DNA of 56,015 nt, the filler included, from Sphacelaria rigidula (Eukaryota), in assembly GCA_964200075.2 (NCBI GenBank). It is 3 parts of 3 records of this genome, joined end to end, with 100 filler letters (N's around TTAATTAATTAA, not from the genome) between each part and the next. Parts side by side here need not be neighbours in the genome. Positions count along the whole stretch, not along the records: positions 18,713 to 37,324 come from CAXNAA020000827.1; positions 37,425 to 56,015 come from CAXNAA020000828.1; 1 more part is not named here. The stretch is one strand, 5' to 3'. A program made the position numbers and the translations under genes. Under the pieces are notes generated by a model, which searched no databases, was not told the origin of the DNA, and saw nothing but the letters and a program-made list of their open reading frames with translations. This document shows positions 35,315 to 46,540 of this stretch, piece after piece; within the stretch, counting starts at the first letter, position 1; each line of letters starts with the position of its first letter.

Positions 35315-36244
35315 CTGGCGTGCTCGTCCCTCGTCTCTTCCAGTTCCACCGTAAGCCTCCGGGTCTCCCTTTGCAATTGCTCCGAATTATCCGTGGCTGC
35401 TCGGAAGCTATTTCGGATAGAATCCAACTCGCGTTCTCTTCAGCGCAGAGGGCAGAGGATTGATGGGGCGAGTGGGAAGTTGGTTGGGCGGGGATGTGCT
35501 AGGTGGGTCGGCGGAGGGATGAACACGGGGGGGGGGTCCGGCTTGTGCCTACTGTACTCAACCCGCAAACCGTCGTGTGTCTGACTTGCACACGAACCGG
35601 GCACGGGCGTTCACTTGTGGATAAACAACGCTGTGGGCGAGACTGAGGGAGGACGTTCGTGTCAGCTTGCGAACCATGTTTGCCCCCCTCACATACACTG
35701 CGGATGTATGCTGTGGGGACACGACTTGAAGTTTCGTACCTGGTGCGCCAAATTTGTTGGTTTTCATGTGCTATGAAGAATGATGTTTCAGCCACAGCGC
35801 AGGTGCCGCCATCCGAGTCACGTGGCTCTACTACGCGTGACCTTCAAATGCCCACCAACGCCTGCAACTGCGAGCCCTGCACGTTCACCCTGAAAACGAA
35901 GCCCCAACGCAAGCTTCAACCAAACGGCAGTGCTCCTTACGTTATGCCGTGAATAACACATACTGTAGTTCTAGCGTCAGCTCGGTGGCGTTTACCGTTA
36001 CTGCTGTGAGTGTGGCTTCGGCCGGCATTGATCCTCAGAAACATAATAAGAAATCAGCCCAGCATCGACCCGAGCTCTTATTTTTGCCATCGTTCATTGT
36101 AAGTCAAAGCTATCTGGCGTCTTACCTAGCCGTAAGTGCCTCCTGGAGATGGCTCTCTCGAGCCTTGAATGCGGCTTCTTTCATCGAAAAATCTCGCTCT
36201 GCCTCGGCGCTAGCACGTTCCAGCTCCCGCACCGCGACCTCTTG
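35315..36244 (-). CDS. Two exons (36244-36126, 35437-35315) of a coiled-coil protein, partial gene
   Basis: The phase-2 junction AG|A joins QEVAVRELERASAEAERDFSMKEAAFKARESHLQEALTAR to ERELDSIRNSFRAATDNSEQLQRETRRLTVELEETRDEHA. Donors are GTAAGA and GTGCGC. Confidence 0.65.
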
Positions 36245-36404
36245 CTGTCGAATACAAGAATATAATTGGAGTAAAACATTTGAAACCGAACCGAGACAAG
36301 CTGAGGCAAAACAAGCCAAAAACGGAACATCCCAACCTTGAGCCAAATATGTGCAGTGCGCCATGTATATACGCATTGAAGGTCGCGGGGGATGCACTCA
36401 TGAC

Positions 36405-36495
36405 CTTGCATGCCATAGTCGTTAGACCATTGACCTCGCATCCCTACAATGACGGGACGGAGTACGCCAGGTTTTCACCGGCCCAGGCTCGCAAT
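36405..36495 (-). mobile_element. Short LINE-related fragment
   Basis: Contains gagcctgggccggtgaaaacctggcgtactccgtccc (matches 60-102) followed by gggatgcgaggtcaatggtctaacgacta (matches 132-162). Confidence 0.6.
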
Positions 36496-36809
36496 CAAAC
36501 ACCAAGCGCGAAGCGGCGTGATGTGGTGGGCGAGTCGCATGAAGGGTGAGCTGCATCCTGCCAAGAGTGTTCGGCCCAACGAACATCAAGTGTCTAGCAT
36601 ATGAATGGAAGCCTCGAATGCGTTACTTCGTTTTTTGGTATCACCACTTCCAGAGATAGCCACGGCTCACACACTACCTCATGAGTGTTTCATCAAATAA
36701 ACACTGCGTAGTGAGACCATCCCCCTTGAGCGGAGTTGAGGTTCTCCACTGCACAATATGATCTAGCTCGACGATCATCATTGTTGCCGCAAAAAAAACG
36801 GTAACTGGT

Positions 36810-37304
36810 TGCCTAGCTTACGCGGTGAGTGGCGTGTTTTACACCGTCGTTGCCAAACGACGCCAATCCCAGGGAGGGCGGGAGAGCGGCGTACTTGCCT
36901 TGGTCATTTGACATTGACCACGTACTCCTTTCGAGACGGAGCACCGTTCCTGCTCCTAATAGAGGCACTTCCAACGTGTGGGCACCCATCACGTTTCTTC
37001 CAAACAATGCACAAAAACATTTTACATGTCTCATCCCCTTCCAGCTTCGCCATCTGTGGCCACCATCCATCTTGTAGAATAGCGATCACTTTTTCGCGAC
37101 CATCTAATATACCAAACGATTCCATGCCATCTCCGTTCACTTTCCTCATTTCCCTCCTTAACACGTCCCGTTCCGCCCTGTATAGTTCATGTTCTCCCGC
37201 TATACGAAGTTTACTCTCTAATGCTTCCCCACAGGGGCATTTCTGTGCATCTAATTCCTCCTCCACCCGATTATTGGTATACCGCTTTCTGTGTGGCGGG
37301 CCCA
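36810..37304 (-). mobile_element. 5'-truncated LINE: C-terminal zinc-finger region of the RT ORF plus 3' end
   Basis: RKRYTNNRVEEELDAQKCPCGEALESKLRIAGEHELYRAERD is a degenerate C-x-C...H...C finger typical of non-LTR ORF2 C-termini. The 3' end is shared with 1-42 and 18560-18612. Confidence 0.75.
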
Positions 37305-37324
37305 GGGGGGGGGGGTACCCATGA

Positions 37325-37424
37325 NNNNNNNNNNNNNNNNNNNNNNNNNNNNNNNNNNNNNNNNNNNNTTAATTAATTAANNNNNNNNNNNNNNNNNNNN
37401 NNNNNNNNNNNNNNNNNNNNNNNN
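37325..37424. other. Artificial contig spacer (N44-TTAATTAATTAA-N44)
   Basis: Identical to 18613-18712. Confidence 0.97.
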
Positions 37425-38149
37425 GATCGCTGTGCGTGAAAAATTCGGAGTGAAATCGGTGTAGATTGTGTGTTTCGCTGTTTTCGCGTTTCTGGTCATT
37501 TTTCGTACCTTTTCTAGGCCATTGCCGAAGAAAACGTCTATACCCAGAAGTGATATGCACACACAGCAGGCACCCCACTGTGGTCGGGTCACTTTTTTTC
37601 AGCGGTACGACGCTCGGGGTAAGAGTGTCTGGTTGTTTTACCGGAGTTCCGTCGGTTTCAATGGCCTCAGTTTCCCTACCACAACACGTCACGTTTGCGT
37701 CATGACCCTTCCCACGGTGACGGTATGCATCATGGCATTCATCATGGCCTGCAATTTGTCAAGCCTCCTGCTTGTACTAAGCACGATGCGTGGCAACAAT
37801 AACCATGTCAGCAGAGCACCCTACTCTCCGAACTGCCATACCCCCAAACGCAGGCTCCGTTGCACAAGCTTTGAGGCGCTCCCGCGGTTATCCAGGCTAC
37901 CTTGTTGAGTTTTTCGAGTTCACAGCCTTGGAAAATTTATCAAGAGTGCAAAGTTTAATAGGTAGCCGGTAAAAGTGTATGAAAATGATTGGTCGAATTG
38001 GATGCGAGCTGGGCCAGCCAAGGCTCTACCGCCACGGCTCACAGGCCTCGCGAGTCTCAATTTTTCGAATTTTGGGGTGAAATTTTGGCACCAAAGAAAG
38101 AACACTTGAGCCCACCGCATCCCGACTTTGGCATTCTACAGGCTGGTTC

Positions 38150-38360
38150 ACGCTCATCAACCTAAAAACACTCATCCGCGAAACTTCACGCCGTTTTTAG
38201 GAGTTAGGCCCCGAAATTTTGCACATTTTTGCTATGGGTCACTACGCAACTTTCGAAGCTCGTTGTTTTTGCTGTTCTTGCTTTTGTATCGTTTTTCGGG
38301 GGTCCAAAGGTTCTGGAAGAAACTTGGATCCTGTCGGGCCCCCGAAAAACGGTAAAAGAA
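38150..38360. repeat. Dispersed repeat (part of the foldback element at 54465-54775)
   Basis: Co-linear with 54468-54672 (tcaacctaaaaaca...ttcacgccgtttttaggagt...gaaacttggatcc...cccgaaaaacgg), with an internal hairpin. Confidence 0.8.
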
Positions 38361-38364
38361 GTCG

Positions 38365-40287
38365 AGTCAGCGATTCCCAGTGAACCCTAATCCAGTGTAG
38401 TTGCAGTAGCGCAAGCTTCCGCTGCTCCCTGGTGTGTCTCGTGGGGTCTTTTACGATACCAGGTCTCTCATGCCCGTGGTGTGGTATGACTGCTGTACGC
38501 GGTCATGCTTACGCCCGCGCTTGATCATTCACGAATGAAGAAGCGTCTACCAGACGGGTAGACTCAAGTGGTACTTAGCCAAACTAAGCATCCCTCCTGC
38601 GTTGGCAAACAGCGCGTAGCTGATCTACTCTTGGGTCTTCTGCGTTGAAACACGCTTCTGGCCCTTGTGCCACCCCACCAGCTGTTGCTGAAGATCTTCC
38701 TCACTCAGGATCCATTTCTGTTCGTACGCACCTCTTATCATGGCGATTGAAAGTGACCGTCAAGCTTCAGAAACTGACGGACCCATGACAGAATCGTACT
38801 CGGTTGATGGTCCATCTTCATGCTGTTGAAAAAGTCTTCTGCGATGTATGAGTGGGTATGCCTTAGGCGAATGAGAGGCGCCTCGTTCAGGTCATTCCGG
38901 ATGTCGGCTTCGGCTGCCTTCTGCTGGCAAACATTGTTTACAGTTTTATCTCCCGCAGGACACAGCCAGGGGGCCTCCTCGAAATTGATGAGCTGCAACT
39001 ACTCCCGTTCGCGTTACTGTCGTAGTACTTCGAGTGTTGCCATCGCCTGCTGGTACAGCCGCACGCGCTGCGCGTCGGACATCGAGAATGTAGTCGCCTC
39101 TCCCCCTCTCGCGCCTCCCGCGCCATCTGCCCCACCCCCAGCTACAAGGTCATCGTCGGAGTCGGAGTCGGGATGATATAACAGCATGCTCACGTCGCCC
39201 AGAATTGCTTCGTGAAAGCGACCGATGTCGTACGTACTTGCGACTATCAACCCGTTGCCGCAGTTCTTTCACGCAGCGGTGAAATACCTCTTCCGGCCAT
39301 ACAAAGGCTTGTTGAGCCTCTCCTCACGTGTGCCCCATGACGGCGCGATACCACGCTTCTCCTCCTCGCTTAGAATCGTCGACAGCATCCACTCCTTCCG
39401 CGTGACGCCTAACCGTTCCCGGCATTTCCTTTTGAAGGCGCTCTCCTGTGGAGCACTGAATATGCCGAGGGAGTTCAATGACTCGCCCGTCGCGAGTGCA
39501 GCGGCCGCAAATGGGTGATAAGACGTCATAACGAGCACGTGAGGTCGCTTTCAACAGAGTTTGGAAACTTGTACAAATCGCTCGCCGAGTGTTGAGTAAA
39601 TTGTTTCTTTGCAGATTTCATGAATCTTAATTTAGCGGCCGAGACCGGGAGCCACTTAGTTAAGATAGAGTGGGCGGAGGCTAAAGCAGTTGTGAAGTGG
39701 AGCCATTGCTCTACAGAGCGTCAGGTCCACGTGACCGTCGTGTACAAGTACGCGGCACAACTAACGTACAACACAAGACGGTACAGTGCGATACAAAACC
39801 CAGACAGTACCATATACTGTAGTACCATACAGTGCCATACAGCGTAGTACAGCACAGAACACCTCAAGTCCAGTACAACCCAGTACACTTTGTACTGTTC
39901 CTGCGATATTACTGTTCCGACAAGGGGCCTGGCAGCCAATGGGGTGCTAATTGCGCACAGAGAGTACAACGCACCTGGCGGGAGTGTGGGACTCAATATG
40001 CTGGCCGATGCCGCCGACGCACACCCTACTGCTTGCTCGGGAGCTTGAACACCACTTGCCTTCATGGGCTTCAGGTTATGCCCTAGTTCCCAACGCAGAC
40101 GCCACGAGTGCAAGCCCGCCTCAGCCTCCTTACGAGATGCAAATGATCGAGAGGTGCAGTTGACAGGACGCGTCTTCGGTCTTGTGTACCATAGCCTCAA
40201 TATCCACGACTTCTTTTTAGTATTAAAATATATGGTAGGAACACAATTCCTCTCCCATCGCTTATCTCCTGGCGAGCTTGACGCCAT
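38365..40287 (-). pseudogene. Decayed intron-containing DNA transposase (N-terminal and HTH part), truncated before the catalytic domain
   Basis: Piecing frames together gives ...STILSWVRQFLKLDGHF / RGAYEQKWILSEEDLQQQLVGW...LLHS*MIKRG...QQSYHT / GHERPGIVK. This matches the eukaryotic transposase family carrying Y-x-D-G-H-E-R-x-D-V upstream of the DDE domain (IS630/Tc1-related; recalled, not searched). There are multiple stops and frameshifts. Putative exon 1 is 40287-39975. Confidence 0.7.
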
Positions 40288-42478
40288 GGCGGGGAGCATG
40301 CGCCATGTGCAAGCGTGTGGTAAGCAGACAGCACATCTGAGCACAAAAAAAACACGCCGCATATTCAAACACTACTTCCACTGCATTTCTGTGCAGTTTC
40401 GCCCTGTACGTTACCCAGGGTGTTCTCGGTACACGACTTCTCTTCTATTTGGAGGCCATCAAGTACCTCCAAGTACGTTGAAAGCTGTAGGCGCACAGCC
40501 ATGGGGATCTCCCGCTTACGGGGATACGTTTGCGATGTGTCGCCGCGGTTCTTGAGATATGTTCGGTGGGTGGAGTTTCATTTTTACGGCCAGCCCAGCT
40601 CACATGGGCAGGGGCTGCATTGTCACGAGGCCTTTGCTCCGTAGGCTCCTTTTCCCCTTGTTCTTGGGCCTCTGATAATCAGGCTTTTGGGCTATTGGGT
40701 TTTTGGTGTCCTTTTTTTTTCTGTCTTGACCTCTATTTTCTCTTGACTTTTTTTCTGATTGCCCCTATTATTTCGTTTTCGGCCCCTATTTTTTCTTGTC
40801 TGTAATTGTCGGCACTTCTTAAGCGGCTTCTACTGAGACTCAGGACAATCAGGAAGACAAGAGAGAGACGTCACGGCAGTGAAGGAGAAAAATAACCTCC
40901 ATATATTGAGAAACACTACAGTATCGTACCTGCAGGGGGTGGGTTCTGGCCCCGCAGAAATGGGCTCCAAAATGAAATATATGTTTTTCGGGCTAATACA
41001 GCCCACGGAGCACAGTGCTGATTTGTCGTCCAGAGAATGAAGAAATAGCTGTGCCCGAGGGGTCGTATCTACCGTCTTAATCTATCACGTACGAATGTCG
41101 ATGCCCTTGGATGCTTTCGAGATACTTCAGCTAAAAGAAACTGAGAAAAAGAAGAATAGATTCGCACCCAGGGAGTTCACAACAAATCCCCCCGTTACAC
41201 GACGAGGTTTAGATACGAGAGTAGAGAAGTAAGCCATGGTTCAAACCACAGTCTCGGGGGGGAGTTGGTGAAGTCACAGTACAAGTGGAGTTTATTCGAC
41301 AAAAAACGTGTAAGGTAGTAGATATGTCAGTATGTCGCGCAATAGAAGGTTGAACTAGTTATCTTTTTGTCTGGAAAAAAACATGGGTGGCAGCTTCTAT
41401 CTTGAGGCACCCCCCCACCCCCCCCCCCCCCCAAACATGATTCCACAGCTTTAGGCGAGGGTGTTATCTACCGTTTCATCTTGCTACACACGAACGGAGT
41501 TGCACCCTCAACACACAAGAAGGGTTTATGCGATGTGTGTCCTCCTATTTTCAGACGTAGCTTCCCCTCCCGCTCCACCCAGGGACGAAACCGGTTTTTA
41601 TGCCGTCCCCAAACACGATGGGGGTGTTATTTACGGTCACGGTCTGTTACTATGGATTTACATACAAATGACTACACTTCCGTGAGCTCGGGAAGTCTCG
41701 TTATGAGGTACTTACCCTACCCTATTGGTTTATGACCCACCCCTCCCCCTTCCCTCTTCCGCAGATATTGAATCAAGGTATCCCGTCCCTAAGCTTCCTG
41801 AGCAGGAAGAGGGTTTTATCCGGCGTATCATCAATTTGTGGCTAAATACCAATGAATCTGATCACGTTACGGGTAACACTAGAGAACCTACGCCCTCACG
41901 TAATCAGTGATGCTCCCCGTTCCCACCAGCCACACTACATGTTACATCTTACCCCCCAGCACGCTCAGTGGTTGTTATCTACCCTTGGGGTCTGTAGTAT
42001 ACGATTGGCGATGCCGTGGAACACATGGAAGGCATCGTTAGAATGTGCCCTCAAGCACCCTTTAGCCCGCCTTCCCTCCTTCCCGGGGATAGAATCGACG
42101 CATCCCTTTCTCCAATATCCCGACCAGGAGGGGGTGTTATTCAACATGTTTCAGTTATCTGTGGGCAGATAAAACGGTGCCTCTCAACATTTGAGAGGTT
42201 TCACTGAAACGTCGACACTATGCAGGTATACCATGCACTTCTAGGATCGTCAGGGACACAACCATCCACTGCAATCGGCCAAAACGGTATATACCACCCC
42301 TGGGGACGGCAATTTCCTCATCCCCGGAAGATGCACGTGCCACCCTGCGTGTACACTTTTATCAATGCATTTCTTATAGTCATACACGTGTCATGCATTA
42401 GATATGCGACTCTCACTGAGGTCTTGCATTGAAATGGCCGAAACAAAAGGGAGGCGACATTGACGCAAAGTGGTCTAT

Positions 42479-42501
42479 ATTCGATTCGATTCGATTCGAT
42501 T
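42479..42501. repeat. (TTCGA)n microsatellite
   Basis: attcgattcgattcgattcgatt. Confidence 0.9.
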
Positions 42502-43509
42502 GGTCGGGACTCGTCGGTCGAAGCGCTGAAACCTTTGTTTGGCGTTTGGCGTGGCCAGATTTGACCCGATTTATACAACTTCTGTCTACCCTCACTAATC
42601 CGATGCATGTATTCGAATAACGAGTTGCCCATTTTGATCACTTGCTCTAAGTTCGCCAATGTTGGATGTGCGGTTGATGGGTACTACTGGCTTGTTTAGT
42701 GTTTGTACCTGTCCAAACTGACGTACTTTGCACCCGTGTACATCTACAAGGTCCGACGAAACGATGAACCGTGCGTCCCATGGTTGTTTGGATAGCGCCT
42801 GCTCCTATCGCCACAATGTACCCCGTGGATATAGCCAGCAACCCAACTAGCCCTGACCAGAGTCGATCGAGGTCACGGCCCACTTACAGGCTGATTCAGG
42901 GTGAATGCCCAAAAGTTATTCCCCACAAGATACATCGCACAAACTGACCAGATAAAACACATATTCGGTATCACGGTGACCTCCACGAGCAAGCGAACAG
43001 TGTGGCATGGCCGGATTTTTCTCGCGTCCTTTTGCTGTGGCGCTGGTAGTGAAAAGGTTTCTCGGCCAATCAGGGGCCTTCAAGTTGTTCTGAAATTCAA
43101 AATGCGAATCACCAACATAATTTGTACCCGATCTCATCACGAATCAAACCTTGTTAACCACCATCAGCGAGAGCATCTAACGCAAAAAAACAGATTTGAA
43201 AACGACTTGTGTGGGATCGAGTTGTACCCCAAATCGTGGTATGTCGGTGATGTGGGGTTTTAGCGTCGTGGGGTTTCCATTGACAAAATGCATCGAAGAC
43301 CCAGTAAGCTTCCTGCTGACGATTTTTCTTGTATCTGTCGTATAACATCCTCGACCATCCTCAAACTTAGCAGTTTGGTAAATATGGATGCTGCGAATGG
43401 GAAAAGAAATCGTTGAAAAATATTTGAAAGTTTATTTGATCTATTTCCGAGGGTCTCGGTGTGAAGACCCTGAAAAGTCGGTACAGATTGCTTCATGGTC
43501 AGGAAATTT

Positions 43510-43644
43510 CACACCCTGGACAATAGATTCTATTGTAAAAAATGTACTGCGTACAGTATGGAATCTGTTGTCTGTTTCAATAGGCGCAATAGTCGACACT
43601 GTACGCAGTACACTTTTCAACTGTATTCTATTGTCCAGGGTATG
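43510..43644. mobile_element. 135-bp palindromic MITE with CA(C/T)ACCCTGGACAATAG TIRs
   Basis: cacaccctggacaataga...tctattgtccagggtatg, plus an inner inverted repeat tgtactgcgtacagt / actgtacgcagtaca. Confidence 0.85.
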
Positions 43645-43889
43645 GAAAATTCAAATTTGACTCGTCCCTAGGAAGCCCAAGGAATGTACAACGTTTCATC
43701 GCGTAGCTCGAAAAGCTGGGTCGGTTTAACCTCAAACGCATAAGGAGAACGTCGGTAGCATATCAGAATCGAGTGATCAGAGGGGTTCTGCGTGCATCTG
43801 TATACTTCAACGCACAAACGGCCAATTGCTCACGCCGTTTGTTGGAGTTACACCCTAAAATTTGGCATACGGATGCTCTGAGATATTTA

Positions 43890-46540
43890 GACGGGCTACC
43901 CCCCAACACGATGCACGTTGGCGCTTGCCGCGGCTGCCGCCTGTGCCAGCTCTTGCCCGCCTCCTAGCCGCTGGTCTCCCAGCTGCTCCCCGCTATGCAC
44001 ACCCGCGCCTACCGCCGCATCCGCCGCCCCTCCTGTCCCACCATCATCATCTCCTTTCCGCGCGGGTAGCGGAATCGATAGTTCTGCTCCGTATGTGATG
44101 ATGGTGAGCTCAGCCCTTGCGTTTGGCGGCATTCGCCCCAACGATCGGACAGCGAGGTCCTGCCGCACCTCGCCGCCGTTACCGCGCAGTAAATAAACTT
44201 TGTTTGCCTGACTAGCGTGGAGGGGCAGCAGCAAAGGTTGGATCAAGTTTCATATCTCCTTTTTGCAGCTTTTCTCTCCACCCTTGGCTGTGCAATCCTG
44301 TCTGCATCGTTGGGTGCAACAGCCGTCAGCGTGGTTGCGCGGGCCTCCCATTCGTTGCGGATTCTACCCGCGTAGTAGGCGACGGTTTCTTCATATCCGT
44401 GTACCGTCATGGCCTGAGGATGTTGCCTGTGATTTTTTCCCGAGGCGCCATCAACCGTGTGGGCTTGTGGGGGGTAACGTGGATTTAGTTGCTCCGCGTC
44501 TGCGCCAAACGTTTAGGCTTGTCATCCACTTACCGGCGTTTCAATTGTCGATATGCCCTAACCGTTCTAGAGTGCTCACGCAACCAAGACGGGCGAAGGG
44601 GTAAAGTGGGGAGATACACGATAGCACCGTGGAGTAATCGCACACCTGGGGTACATATGGCGACGATTTGCGTATTTTGGAAGACACAAGAGTAGTTAAG
44701 CCGCTGAAAAATGCGGAAAAAAGCAGAACGATCAACCATTAAATCATAGATGAAATTGAATGAACCGCCGAACGTCAGCGGGTGACGGAAAAAGGGACCC
44801 GTTTTGTTCTGCTTTTTTTGTTTAGAGAGAGGGACGGTAGTTCACGTCCACGTGTCTACACATACATAACACAAAAACGTGTGCCAGAATAAATCGCAAC
44901 ACCTTACGAGTACCTTAGGAGTACGGGGTTGTAAAGCGCAGACTCGACAGCATCGTGACCGACACACACGTACCCTATCCAGAGGATTTAGAGCGCCGAT
45001 GTTATCGCCACAGGATATCTTGAACTCAACCTTGCCAGAGCGCAACAATTTTGAGGTAGTGGCTGCGGCAAGATCCGACCAGAACTACAGACCTGCGGTT
45101 TCAGACGGGCAAGGTCGGAGAGCGAAGACGACATTTTTGTTCTCAGGTGGGCATGGTGCTGCAATGGATGCATGCTGCACTGAAAACAACTCTCCTCCAG
45201 ACGAGTCAAACATGCGAAAAGGCACGGTCGATCCAACTCTGCCGAAGTTGTCCGTCGTCCAGTGTAGGACGCATATGGTGCCGTTTTACTGTGTTAGACT
45301 TCCAACGGGGATTTCCCGCCCTAGTCCTCGGGCGGTTAAGGCGTCCGTTTTTTCGGTAGGAACGTTGTATACTTCCACCTCCGCCTTGGTTGCGCCGTTG
45401 TTCGTCTTGTTCCCCACACGTAACACGCGATCACATCGGCTAGCTTCTTCTCGAACGCTACGTCGCACCTCAGGATTCGTTTGCCTTCGGACTCTTCCAT
45501 TCAGCGCCCTAACACCTCCCCCTAAGCGTGAATGCGGAAGTATTCTTCATCTCTCGGAAAGCAAGAGTCGCCTGGGGTTGCAGTGTCCGCGCGAGGGTTC
45601 CGGCGTTGTTCCCTGCGGTACCTTCCCCGAACACGAGATCTATCTTCGTCTTGTCCTGAGCCCCCTCCAGGTATTGGGCAATGGGGACAAGCGTCTCCGC
45701 GGCATCGTAGGAGTGACGTTGTTGGTGACCAGGTCGGAGCATCGTTTAGCCACCTCCTACCGTTCTTCAAGCTCGAAACGTGTTCACTGCATTCCACTCA
45801 GCTGGACGGAGAACCGTTTATGGGATCACCTTCAAGTCTGGTTTCGGCATTCGCTCCGTATGCATGGGGTTCAACGTAGCAACCCACTGGTAGCAATTAT
45901 GTTACAACCCAAAGATGGCCGCAATTCGACGATGAGCCTTACCACCGTGGGACAAAGTTGGCCGCACGCAGCCTCGCCCGGACCAAGTGCGGAGCAAAAT
46001 GGGCGAGGGCAAGACGCTCCCATGGTCCAAACACTCTGAAGTGTTGTTTAAGCTCACTCTCTTACCCATTCGTGGATAAGGGATGTGTATTCCTCCTTCG
46101 CTTGTACCGTCACCCACTCGGCGAACTTCTCGCCTTGCCTCTGAGATTCGTCCCTCTTGAAGCCATGGCCGTTCTGGTGCCCACCTCTCGCCCCTGGTCC
46201 ATAGTCGGCGGTCGTGGGTTGTTCGCGGCGAACTTGTACCAACGTATTCGCCTCCGCCGATCACCTTAAACCCGCTACCTGTCGCGAAAATGCGGCACCT
46301 GCGCCAATGGGCATCTCGTTGGCCCCCGGCGATGTCGAGCAGCAGTAGTGCCGTTGCCGTATGCCAACCCCGTCGGCGTACCTGCTCCGTCACCAGATGT
46401 TCGCCATTCGCCACCATCAACGCCACCTGACTCCCATCCAGGGTCGCACCTTGGCCACATACGCTGCCGTGAGCCCGCTAGCCCCTGTCGCCGTTTTTTC
46501 AGCCCCTTCCCTCTCGAACGTGCATGTTCTCCCAGATTTT
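43890..46540 (-). pseudogene. Decayed coding sequence of unknown family
   Basis: GC-rich stretch with protein-like minus-strand segments in shifting frames (EKFAEWVTVQAKEEYTSLIHEW; YDAAETLVPIAQYLEGAQDKTKIDLVFGEG; EGKRILRCDVAFEKKLADVIACYVWG). Confidence 0.3.

Noticed and set aside
35856..35889. 34-nt micro-exon between the coiled-coil exons
   Set aside because: Including it breaks phase with the 35437 acceptor, whereas direct joining gives a clean frame.
44879..46039. 386-aa ORF as a gene
   Set aside because: It has no motifs and R/S/P-rich composition, and the coding signal is on the opposite strand.
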